Source: Albugo candida (Eukaryota). Taken from it: a stretch of 20,526 bases of DNA. Of the stretch, positions 9,663-20,526 are shown piece after piece. The notes beneath the pieces are model-generated. The model worked only from the letters and a program-made list of their open reading frames with translations, had not been told where the DNA came from and made no database searches. Both the position numbers and the translations under genes were made by a program. The DNA lies in the NCBI GenBank assembly GCA_040437565.1, contig JBDOQK010000051.1, positions 248,001 through 268,526 of the forward strand, in the 5' to 3' direction. The number at the start of each line of letters is the position of its first letter. Position 1 is the first letter of the stretch.

Positions 9663-10011
9663 GATAAAACTCAGGGTCATAGCCATGCTAATTTTTGAAT
9701 TTTTCTGCGACTTAAGAAATTATAACGAAAGGGAATCGATGCAAGAAAGACAAAAGATCATCGTTGAACTTGAAGTTTCCTTTCTTCTTCGAACTTGATC
9801 GAAAGAAGCAGAATGAAGGTCACTTTGGAAGTTGAGTTTTGTATACCTTTGTTAGCCGCGTCGGGGACTCTATTCATTGATAGTTCAAGTTTCCTTCCAC
9901 CAAATTATTAAATCGAACAGGAATTGCGCATGAGCTTTGGCTATTTATGTAATTAGTAATGAAATTGCATTGTATTTCTATCATAAATCTGTAATACTGT
10001 AAACAACAAAG

Positions 10012-10033
10012 TGCCATTCACAATCATTTTCGC
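10012..10033 (+). promoter_or_regulatory. Possible oomycete INR/FPR core promoter element upstream of SMC3
   Basis: 'TGCCATTCACAATCATTTTCGC' lies about 45-65 bp upstream of the ATG and loosely resembles the oomycete YCATTY...CAWTTT initiator/flanking element. The match is imperfect. Confidence 0.3.
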
Positions 10034-10075
10034 TGTACAGATTCAAAGGGAAGGTAGAAAGTAAAGCCTGACGGA

Positions 10076-13000
10076 ATGCACATCAAGCAAGTATTTGTAA
10101 GTGGATTTCGAAGCTATAAAGATCAATTGGTAGTTGAACCATTCAGCAAAGAACACAATGTGGTGATTGGACGTAACGGGACTGGAAAATCTAATTTTTT
10201 TGATGCCATCCGTTTTGGATTGCTGACGACCCGATTTGCAAATCTGAGAACAGAAGACAGACAAGCGCTTCTGCATGAAGGTTCCGGCAAGCACGTAATG
10301 TCCGCATATGTCGAGATCGTGTTCGACAACTCCGATGGAAGATTACCGGTCGATACCGAAGAAGTGGTATTACGACGAACGATTGGTGTAAAAAAAGACG
10401 AGTTCTTTCTTAATCGAAAACATATCAGTAAGAGTGATGTGATTCACTTACTCGAAAGCGCTGGTTTCTCTCGCTCAAATCCGTACTACATTGTACAGCA
10501 AGGCAAGGTCAACGCATTGGCTGTGATGAAGGAAAAAGAGCGATTGGAATTGTTGAAGGAAGTTGCTGGGACTAAGGTGTATGAAGACCGACGACAAGAA
10601 TCACTCAAAATTTTACAAGAAACACAAGTGAAACGTGAGAAAATCCAAGAAGTTATCAGCTACATTGAAGAGCGATTGAAGGAATTGGAAGGTGAAAAGG
10701 AAGAGCTCAAGCAGTATCAGAAGTTAGATCGGAAACTTCGAGCGCTGGAATACTCGATGCATCATAAAGAATTGCAAAATATCAAGATGGATTTGGATGC
10801 AATGGAACGAAAGCGAAGTGAGGAATCAACAAAGAGTCAAGCACTTCATGAAAAGCAATTACAATTATTTGAGAAGATTCAGACCCTGGAAATAAGTCAT
10901 GCTGAACGACAAGAAGAGCTGAGCGTCGCCTGCAAAGAACATGAACAGCTAGAAATTGCTCGAAAAAAGCTGATGGAAATTTTCTGTCAATTAGAGCTAG
11001 AAGTAAAAGAGCTGGACGAAGAAATCAAACAGGACACAGATCGAAAGAAGACTGCAGAAAAAGAGTTAGGATCTCTTTGTAAAGAATCAAAAGCCAAGAA
11101 GGACACCTTGGAAAATGATATTATTCCAAATTTCAAACGAGCAGAGGCCAGTTATGAAAATGTCAGGTTGAAACTACAGCAATCATTGCAAAAATCGGAT
11201 GAACTGATTGCGAAGGAAAGTCGCAAATCTCAATTCAAAACTAAGAAGGAACGAGACAAATTTCTCAAATCAGATATTAGAGAGCTGGAGCAGCTTCTCA
11301 TGCGTAGGAAGAGTGACATGGAGAGCTTGCTTGGTGCAACAGAGTCATTAAAAGAGTCGATTAGAGAATCGAAACAAGATCTCGAGAGTAAAAGCAGAGC
11401 ATTACATGAGCATCGCAAGGTGGTCGATAATTTCCAGCCACAGCTACTAACTTTGAAAGAAGAGCGGAACAGCGTTTCTGAGGAGCGAAAAGAAAAATGG
11501 CGGGTGGAGAATGAACTCGCAAATGACGTTCGACGGTACACTGATCAATTGAGACGAGGAGAAAATATTTTGCACAGCACAATGGCTTACGACGTTCGGC
11601 GTGGATTAGAAGCTGTTCGAGAGATAACAATACAAAAGAAGATACAAGGCGTTCATGGACCGTTGATTGAACTTGTAGTTCCCACCGACGAGCGATTTTG
11701 CACAGCAGTAGATGAGGCAGCCGGGGGCTCTCTCTTTCATGTTGTGGTGGATACTGACGATACTGCAACAAAGTTTATGCGAGAATTAGAACGGAAAAAT
11801 CTTGGACGAATCACGTTTTTACCACTCAATTGTTTAAAGATTGAAGAGAAGATAACATATCCAGAAAGCGACGACTGTATTCCTCTGGTCAACAAACTCA
11901 AGTTTTCTCCGGAAATTCGCAAAGCTGTTTTGACAGCTTTTGGAAAGAAATTGCTGTGCAAAGATCTGGAAGTCTGTGTTCGATACGCAGAATCATCAAA
12001 CATGGATTGTTTGACACTTGATGGAGATATGGTCCATCGTCGTGGTGCACTCAATGGAGGGTATAGAGATCCCCATCGGTCCCGTACAAGAGCGATGATG
12101 GAAGTTCAGAATGCACGAACCGAATTAGAAAATATCAAACTGCAGGAAAAGAAAGCTCAACATGAAGCTCAACAAGCAGACCAGCGTGTTGCCATCATCG
12201 TTGGTCAAATACAGAAACTTGAAAATGAGAAGCGTCACGGTATGGCAATATACGAGGACATGTGCAAGAACATCAGTCGTCTTCGGTCTCAAATTGAGTC
12301 TGATAAGGCAAATTTGAAGAAGAAAGAACTCTTTTCGCAATTCCATTCTGAGATTGGACAATTGGAAGCCAAGATCGCATCATTGAGATCAGAAATGGAA
12401 AGGCCTCTACATGAAACGCTCAGTACCGAAGAAGTGGACTTGCTTCATTCTTTATCGACGCGTATATCAGAATTACAGCTGGAGGAACGGAAAGAAAAAA
12501 TGGCAATGGAGGAAATATGTGCAGAAAAGCGAAGTATCGAGTCGGAATTGACTCAGAATCTCGAGCGTCGTATTAAAGAACTTAAGGAGCTGCTGGATGA
12601 AGAAAGCGTGCAAGAACTTCGAGTTCGCGCGCGTGAAGGAGCATTCCAGAACAAGAAAGTGGATCTGATCGATGCATCTCGTCAAGTGGAAAACAACAAA
12701 AAGATGCTCAAGGATCTGGAACAAAAGCTAGCAACAACTCAGGAAGAGCTCACACTCGAAGCGGGCTCGATTGAATCCTTAAATGCGCAATTAGTCATTG
12801 CTGAAGGAGAAATTGGAAAAGAAGGACGGCAATCAGAGAAGCTGCTCAATCGAAGGCGTACCCTAATCCAAAAACGGGAAGATTTAATGCGAAGCATTCG
12901 AGAACTTGGAACCTTACCATTGGCCGAAGTTGAAAAATATAAAGATGTTCTCCTTCCCCAAGTGATTAAAAAGTATGGAAAATGCAGAACCAAGTTGAAG

Positions 13001-13781
13001 AACTACAGCCATGTCAATAAAAAAGCTCTCGACCAATACGTCAGCTTTGAAGACCAGCGGACCACATTGATCAAACGCAAACAAGAACTGGATGGAGGAT
13101 ACGGCTCAATTGAATCCCTTATTGAAGTTTTAGATCGGCGAAAAGATGAAGCCATTCTGCGTACTTTTAAAGGAGTCTCACATCATTTTGCCGAAATATT
13201 CCAAGAATTAGTTCCGACTGGAGAAGGCAAAATGCTCATTATTCGGTCAGACACATCACCTGAAAACTCTGAGAGTCCCGAAGCAACACAAGAAACAAAG
13301 GTTGATACATTTTCAGGTGTTCAAATCAAAGTCAGCTTCCGAGGAGAAGGTGATTCTTATCTGATGCAGCAGCTTTCTGGCGGTCAAAAGGCGCTCGTTG
13401 CTCTAGCCTTTATATTCGCTATCCAGCGATGCGACCCAGCTCCGTTTTATCTGCTTGATGAAATTGATCAAGCTCTGGACTCTACTCATCGCGCTGCTGT
13501 TGCTGCTCTCATCCATCGCCAAGCTCATTCTGTGGATTCTCCAGCTCAGGTAGACGACATCCTCATACATTATTGATATCATGGACCTTCGACTGATTGT
13601 TTGTTTGTAGTTTATCACTTCGACATTTCGACCCGAACTTGTGAGTGTTGCCGACAAGTTTTATGGAATCGGGTATCAGAATAAAGTCAGCAATGTGCAT
13701 TCGATGACAAAAGAAGAATCACTTGATTTCATTGCCAACATTATGGCTGAGGAGGAGGAAGTTGCACGAGACAAAAAATGA
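10076..13781 (+). CDS. SMC3: Structural maintenance of chromosomes protein 3 (cohesin subunit), ~1214 aa
   Basis: Walker A GRNGTGKSN, 'LLHEGSG', the SMC3 acetylation-site context 'RRTIGVKKDEFFL', 'LLESAGFSRSNPYYIVQQGK', hinge GALNGG, signature LSGGQ, Walker B/D-loop LLDEIDQALD. One GT-AG intron at 13550-13610, then 'FITSTFRPELV...' to TGA at 13779-13781. Confidence 0.97.
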
Positions 13782-13803
13782 GTATGAAGGCAGTCAGTTC
13801 ATG

Positions 13804-14374
13804 TCAAGCGCGTAGACAAGGTGCAAGTGGAATGCCTGGGGAACGTGAGAGTGTATCGGTCGGGAAGAGTGCGAATAGAAGGTGATCCTCACTCAAGTCT
13901 GCCCAATCAATTGATGGAAAGTAGTTTGATGGATCAAGGCAATCGTATGCGAGTGATTGCAACGGCAGTCTTTCCCGTGTAATCTTTCGATATGCGATCT
14001 CGAAGCCCCTGTTATTTTTTGCAAGGAATTTGGAATTAGAGACGTTTACAGAAGAACGGCTCAGGGAGGATAGAAGATGGTTTGAGTCGACAGATTTGTG
14101 ATTCTGGATGCTTCCTTGTCGATGGATACTTAATCAGTCACACGTCTCACACTTACCGCTTTTTTTATGCATCACCTATAATGAAGTCTACGGAAATGAT
14201 TCTATTGGCATTTATAGCTACTTTGGCTGCTTCCTTGAGGCGGATAGCAGTAAGTTTATCAGTGGCGTCTATCGAGTCCAGCTCACGCTTGGTTGGTCGC
14301 CTACACCCGCACGTTCTTGTCAAGTGTGCAAACGCTGATAGTATCATACTGATGAGAAGAGTGACGATTTTCAT
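13804..14374 (-). CDS. Candidate orphan secreted protein, ~160 aa, 3 exons (model uncertain)
   Basis: Exon 14374-14222 begins with a signal-peptide-like MKIVTLLISMILSAFA. Intron 14221-14176 (GTAGCT..TATAG), 19-nt exon 14175-14157, intron 14156-14115 (GTAAGT..CAAG), then a 103-codon open frame to TGA at 13806-13804. Confidence 0.4.
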
Positions 14375-14443
14375 ACATGGACGAAGCGATCAGAAAATAC
14401 AAGGTGATTTATATGGCGCGTGATTATTTCTACGGGCCAAGCT

Positions 14444-15134
14444 TTAGTGAAGACGCTTTCGAGGTGGCTGATGATCTGATTCATCGACTTGAAATTGGAA
14501 GCTTGAACCAAAATGCGTTTGAGAAGTTGACTCGGTTGAAGCCTAAGCTTAAAGATTACTGCGCGCTGCGAAATCAAAATAATATTTTGAACGCACCTTG
14601 TCGTGGTCGCAAAGCTCAGCCATGTCTTTATGTGACCCCTTTCTCTTTGTTCCACCAGAAAATTTTATCTTAGCTTCAACAATCAGAACGAAAAGGCAAC
14701 TAAACATCATTTCTATTCTCTTGAGGAAGTTGACTTCATCCAAGCCACCATGATCTACATATTGTTTGATGTTTGCTTCTATAATTTTTTGCAGATATTT
14801 ATAATTTACAAGTGTCCGAGAACGAAAAAGGCTGTTTAATCGAGCCAAATGCAGACTTTGTTTTCTTACCACTTCCGCATTTGCGAGCCGCATCGACGCT
14901 CATCGATGATAGTTCGCTTTCTATTATTTTTTTATTTTTTCTGATATTTTTCATCATATTTTTCATCATATTGCCATCAGTCTCCGCTGGTAAATGCTCA
15001 TCATTTGCAGCTTCCTGAATCGAAGCTTCATTGTCTTTTACCGGTGATCCCATTCCAAATCCCGAATGCTGTTGACTTGAGTTGAGCAACACGAACGCGA
15101 CACTTGTCAAGCTTCGGAGATTGATGCAAACCAT
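14444..15134 (-). CDS. Candidate orphan protein, ~181 aa, 3 exons, weak signal peptide (model uncertain)
   Basis: ATG 15134 (MVCINLRSLTSVAFVLL). Introns 14869-14779 (GTAAGA..TATAG) and 14596-14543 (AAG|GTGCGT..CTTAG) join track ORFs in phase. Ends '...DHQPPRKRLH*'. Confidence 0.4.
14944..14972. repeat. 12-bp tandem repeat (ATATTTTTCATC x2.4)
   Basis: Seen directly. Encodes NMMKNMMKN in frame on the minus strand. Confidence 0.85.
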
Positions 15135-17725
15135 ATTAGAGACGAAGTGGGTGGTTGATTGTGTTTTATGAAATGGTAAAACGATTCCATCTATTAAGCT
15201 TTCGAGCAAGTTTATAGAACGGGATACGCAAAGGTTGATCAAGATGTAGTACACGAAGATGGGAATAGTCGTACGCAGTTAATTCGTCGCTGCCATCGAT
15301 GCATTCGATTCGACTTGCGATTCGTGAAAAAGAAACTTGCGGGCAAAGTGGTAAGGGAGTTTCAACGGTCTGCTGTATCTTGAGTGCTTAGTCAGCAGAT
15401 GGTAGAGATCGTTAGATTCGTTAGATTTTTGAGACAATTTAGAGTAACATTGGTACGACGCAAATCAAATTCATAGTAGATACTGTAGATATTCAGTGCG
15501 ATGTTCTTATTTTCTACTTATCGAAGTGTCTTTTCTTTCAACGAATTTATTCCGCCTGCAGTCATGCTTCTCGTCTAAACTCACACTCGTTACCATAATA
15601 TGTAATGATTAGGAGGAAATGGTCCATGTTGCAAGCGTCACCGTGACCTGGATATACAGATTGATGCCACTGTTTGCCTGGCTGCATTTTCTCTATATCG
15701 TGGTATCGGTAGTACCGGTTGACTGGATCAATGATCTGATTATGTCCCGTTCTCCTTATACTTGGGAAAACTTAATGTTCATATATTACGTCACGTTTTC
15801 TATAGATTCTGAGCTATGCGACAATCACAATCTCCTACGTGAAGGCTCAATATTCGCGACCTATCGTGAGCTATATACATCGATATCTCACGCTTGTGTA
15901 TTGATGGCTGTAATACTATTCTTGCTCTAGCTACCCTACTCACGATGCTCCACGGTACCAACAATTAGCAATAGCTACAACTCGAAAGTGTCGTTGTTAT
16001 GATATAATATAAACTTTCTCGTGAAGAAGAGTCAATGTGCTTCTACGGAATCATGCACAAATTGCTTTGACATGGTATCTCCTGAAGTCAGACTTTTAAC
16101 TTGACAAACGGTCATGAGACCGGCGAAACAAAATGGGTTGTCGCCAAGGCTCGATGGTAGTGTTGAAACCAATGCGATTCGCCTTAGGGTCTCAATATCG
16201 CACAAGCTTCAACTGACGACCAAATATTGGTTCCAAGCGTGACGCCATTTTATAAAGGCAGCAGAAACACCGCTGCAATAGAATAGTCATAATGCCTGCA
16301 AACTTGTGCTCAAGCAGGGCGCTCTTAGCCGTACGCTTTTTCAAAACGTCAGCAGCAATATGGTAGAATGAACGTTTCCATAGAAGATTCTGAAATTGCT
16401 TCCTGCTTGCATAGCTACACAGATTCTTTTTTAGGTATTGGAAGGTTTAAATGCGCAAAAAAAATATATCACGTGCAAAGCTTCCTGAAAAAAAAAAACT
16501 AGCTCATCTTTCCTTTGTATCTCACTCTGGTAGTTAGTAAATTTGGCGCTGTAATGTCGAAAAGATTCTTGCTTCTTGATGAGACGTACAATACGAATTC
16601 GGAGGCTTTCTTTGCGGGATGTGATTGGATTTAATCATCAGCAGAATACAAAACCTCAGCTTCGGGCCCTTGTTCTATGCGCAATGATTCAACAGTGGAC
16701 ACCAGTCCACCAAAAGAGACTCTACGAGAATGCATTGGATGTATCAACAGTGTTATCTCACGTTTGTCGCTTTACGTAAACGACAGTATTTTCACATCAT
16801 TTCCAGTGGCATTCAAAAAAGGTACATATTTAAAACACAGATGCGCATAGTACAACTTCCCTATTGTATAGAGCAATTGCGACATCAATCGCCTAAACAC
16901 ATCAGGTATGCTATTTGCTTCTACCTCAAGTGAAAGGAACGAAGCAATCGTGAAATGCTGCGTGTTTTAATTTCAGCCGGTGCGATGGAGTATCTAAATC
17001 AATAGGGCTGGGTAGTACATATTTTGTGCAGCCCCATGTATCAAAAACATTTTGTATGCGTCGTATATATTACAGCGTACTTATAGCTTCCTCAGCTGGC
17101 CCCAACGCTCCAATTAAAAAACACTGAGGAAATGAGCAGAGCAGTGCACGAAAAATAAAGTCGGATTTACGCGAAAAATATCGATGTTTGATAAATATGA
17201 ATGAGGAAGGTTTGGCAACGATGCTAAAAGGTCTGAAACGTGGCTCGCACTAGCGGACCTAGAATACGTACCCACATTCCATTTTTGAGATCAATTGGAT
17301 GCAATCACATCAAAGCCATTCGTGCAATAGAAAATTGTAAATGAATAGACTACAAGTACAATGTTTATAATCTCAAACGATGTTCCCAGAACTCAATCTA
17401 TCGCGAATCACATTAACAACCATCAATATCTGATGCTAGAGGAGATGGTAGATCTTGTTCAAGATGGAATGCGCAACTGCCCGACAACTAGACTATGCGT
17501 CGTATTATCATTGGTGCTTATTTCAATAATATTCATGTCAGCTACTAGCGTATTTAGCTGATGAATAAGCAGGAGTGGCGTCAGCATGCCACTAATCTTT
17601 ATGCTCATAGTAGTAGAGGATAAAAGTTTACATATAAGAAAAGAGCCAGCAGCTGTGATGCACAACATCGTAAAAGATGTATGTTAACACCTCGCTTCAT
17701 TTGTTCAAGCGATAAATTGCGTTTT

Positions 17726-18303
17726 TCAAGGTCGTAACGTCCCTTTACCATCACTGGTCCGAGAAGATTTGGCGTTCATAACGAAAGAGCCTGGAAAATA
17801 TGATTAGAAGTTACATCCTGAATTGAAATCATACTAACCACTTGGAATGCTGGCAACAGACACATCAATTAAGTCAACCTTACTTGAGGTACTCAATATC
17901 ACGTTTAATAGACGGCCTGCTATGACCAGCGAACGATGCTGATTAATTACTTTCGTGCTTCTAGTGATAAATTGGTCATGCTTCATTTGTGATGGTTAGT
18001 GTACTATTACAGCCAGGTATACGTACGGTATCATAGAAAACAAGTCTTGCATCTGCTTTCGGTGATGGTAACGTGTCAGGGACGAGAATGTGGCTACATT
18101 CAGTCAAGTGCTGCAGATCCAAAACCTCTAGGACTTTTGTACGTGTGTTTGAGAGACATAATGTGCAGTGCGTGGACTCTTCGCGACCAATGCCTTCTGG
18201 AAGGCTTATCCGAGCACGCTGATGCCCTGATCCTCGCGTAGAGTGGTGTGTGTACATCTAAGAAAGTCGAGAACAGGAGCACAACAATCCCAAGCAACTG
18301 CAA
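17726..18303 (-). pseudogene. Possible spliced orphan gene or pseudogene with a CxxCL motif
   Basis: ORF 18257-18027, intron 18026-17981 (GTACGT, CTAAC branch), exon 17980-17839, intron 17838-17791 (GTTAGT..CTAAT..TTTTCCAG), then open to TGA at 17728-17726. The 5' end is unresolved. Confidence 0.3.
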
Positions 18304-18415
18304 ACAATCCCAAAATACCGTATTACACAATCCTCAATCCTTGTGTGACCACCACTTCTCTGTGTCAATAATATCTCAGTCTAGTTGTGGCACTTCACAG
18401 GATAGAAATCTGAGT

Positions 18416-18591
18416 ATTTTGTTTTGCTTTGACATGAGGCAAAATCCTTCCAGNNNNNNNNNNNNNNNNNNNNNNNNNNNNNNNNNNNNNNNNNNNNNNN
18501 NNNNNNNNNNNNNNNNNNNNNNNNNNNNNNNNNNNNNNNNNNNNNNNNNNNNNATTTTGTTTTGCTTTGACATGAGGCAAAATCCTTCCAG
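18416..18591. other. Assembly gap (100 N, 18454-18553) flanked by an identical 38-bp direct repeat; probable unmerged contig overlap
   Basis: ATTTTGTTTTGCTTTGACATGAGGCAAAATCCTTCCAG occurs at 18416-18453 and 18554-18591, abutting both gap edges. Confidence 0.9.
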
Positions 18592-19274
18592 CTTTTCAAC
18601 ATTACTGACAATCTCGATAAAAGCCTTTGTGACTACGTATGGTGATGTTTTTGCTTTTTCGATAGCGTTCCGCACACGTCTATCTATTGCTTATTCAAGG
18701 CATCACGAGCAATGAGCAAAGAGATGCAATTCCGGATGTTTCAGCACTTCTGGCGATACAACCCACGTTTAGTGCGCACAATCGTAATTTCGAAGGCAGT
18801 GTTACGTACGCTCCAATCAAGCGGATTCAGCTGACAAACTTCTGAACTGGATTGAATCATACAAAGAACCATTCGTTTCTTTCTCTCCATTCGAAGGTCA
18901 TTGCTGTTAATCTGAACAATACGAGATTTTTGCTGAGCTTTGTGAAGGGAATATTGAGCCAATTATATATGAGAAACTAGTCAAGTGCTTTACACAAAAA
19001 TGAGTCTAATAGCCAGAATATTATCGAATGCTCAGTATCCGCGTTTTTCGTTGATGATTAGCATACGAGTAATCTATTCTGAGAATTGTTGAAAATTCTC
19101 AGTCTTATTTGTATAAGTAGGTATGGAGGAAGGCAGAACAACATCCTCCGCTCTCTTCACAAGCTGGGGTGTCAGGTGGTGTATGACACCTTTCGCGAAC
19201 CTGTTCCAACGTAAGAAGTGGTGATGTCGACCTGGAGAGTCTGGTTTGGCTCTTCGACATGACCCCAACAGCTC

Positions 19275-19570
19275 TTTCATGTTGCTTAAGTGATTGAGAA
19301 AACCGCTTGTGACAAACAGATCTACCTGGTAAGGGGGAATATGCTCCCATATAACGGAGCGACCATGTTTCGGTCAGCGTGGACCGTGCGGCTTGAAGTT
19401 GGAAGAAACACCATCAGCTACGAGAGCACGGCAACAACGTTACACGAAACAACAATCAGAAATAACAAAAAATAACAAATATAAAAACACAGCAATTAAG
19501 TACTCGCGGTAGTCCCAAAAAAGTTGAAGCCAGTTCTCAGGCAGGAATTGGGGATGCGGTAACCGGAACG
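19275..19570 (+). mobile_element. Possible degenerate 3' end of a chromodomain-bearing Gypsy LTR retrotransposon
   Basis: Translation 'HVA*VIEKTACDKQIYLVRGNMLPYNGATMF...ISYE' weakly resembles a chromodomain (YLVxW..P...TW). A purine-rich AGGAATTGGGGA followed by ..GGTAAC at ~19543-19563 resembles a PPT/LTR start. Key Trp residues are absent. Confidence 0.2.
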
Positions 19571-20526
19571 AAAGCTCTCGGACCAAATTTTGTTGGAGCT
19601 CAACAATCCCCCCACTATCGTAAAATCAGAAGCACCAGACTTACTGCAGCCCCCGCCCCCATCCTATAACTGAAAAGTAAATTATCCTGACAAATACGGG
19701 TGGAGCGAAATGGGGATGTCTCCACGCAGCATGAAAAAAATGGAGCGTAATGGAGTGGAGTCGTTCCAACAAATGGTCTCAAAGCACCACCTCATGCTCT
19801 CCTGAAATTAGCATTCAAGTAATTACTTTGCTGTCCTCGCAACTATAGAGGTGGAGATTGAAGAAGTACAAGCGGTTGCCACTTCGGAGCATGGAAACCG
19901 CACGAAGTTATTTCCGTGAAAGAACGCATGCCAAAAGAGGTGGTCCCATTGAAAGAGCGGTACACTTTCACCAAAAGCGTCATCCAACGGTCGAAAAAGC
20001 GGGTCGACGAGCCACAGTTGGTGAAAAAGGGGAGCTTATGGAAATCTATTCCAAAAAACGTCCTCCATCCGCACCGACTGAATCAGCTCGTCCGAGTCGA
20101 TGAACGCATCCCTCATATGCGCAGGCTGGTACAGTTCTGTAATAACCCTAGCAAAATCATCCGGGTAGCATTCGATCGTCCGATTACCATGAATGGGGTG
20201 CTCAACACTTTCAGGGCGTCGAACGGTCCCACAGACCTATCGAACTTTGTTGCCTCTACGCAAAAATAAAAAATACGTAAAGGGAAGCAACCCAAGATCC
20301 AACCTTTCCATCAGAAAGGGTAAAGGAAATGCTAATTTACAAACTTCGATGAGAGAATGTCATCAGAGGCCATTAAGATGTGTTGCCGATTCGATATCAG
20401 ACAAATATTGTGACGAGGCAGTATTATGCATCGAGTCAGCATATTTGCATACAACAAAAACACTCACATGTTGCAAGCGATAGTTTCGACTTAGTATGCC
20501 GAGTTTCAACAGATGCTGAAATCTAG

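Noticed and set aside
5839-13657. Numerous 60-145 aa ORFs nested within the DAACS and SMC3 genes
   Set aside because: Antisense or alternative-frame by-products with no independent motifs.
14082-14673. + strand ORFs 14082-14423, 14108-14338 and 14377-14673 as genes
   Set aside because: No motifs, and consensus splice signals in this interval favour the minus strand. Not fully excluded.
15409-15426. 9-bp tandem duplication TCGTTAGAT x2
   Set aside because: Short local slippage with no associated element.
15619-15930. 103-aa hydrophobic + strand ORF
   Set aside because: No recognisable domain or supporting gene structure; composition is consistent with a chance AT-rich ORF.
18416-18591. 38-bp direct repeat as a TSD, LTR or CRISPR-like repeat
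   Set aside because: Both copies abut a standard 100-N gap exactly, which is typical of an unmerged contig overlap.
19701-19753. Imperfect 13-bp direct repeat TGGAGCG(A/T)AATGG, 40 bp apart
   Set aside because: Only two short copies; no array or function can be supported.

Overview
Eukaryotic genomic DNA, most consistent with a compact oomycete genome (Albugo-like). The taxon is an inference from the 42-61 nt introns, intergenic spacers mostly of 100-400 bp, the gene repertoire and an INR/FPR-like core promoter. Bases 1-13.8 kb are gene-dense: a Nup58-like FG nucleoporin (truncated by the window edge), U1A/U2B'' snRNP protein, a hypothetical ORF, PDE6D (PDE-delta prenyl carrier), an SRSF1-like SR protein, CHIP/STUB1, two tandem intronless DAACS/SLC1 transporters and cohesin SMC3. 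From about 13.8 kb the window changes to orphan spliced ORFs (possible secreted proteins), decayed coding relics, a 100-N gap flanked by an artefactual 38-bp duplication and a possible retroelement remnant. Most notable: (i) PDE6D intron 3 appears to use a non-canonical GA donor (GAAG|GAAAGT...TAG) at an intron position that seems shared with human PDE6D; (ii) both SLC1 paralogues lack the NMDGT Asp and the TM8 substrate Arg, suggesting altered ion coupling and substrate; (iii) candidate spliced effector-like genes that the ORF track misses. Gene models were built by hand; no searches were run.
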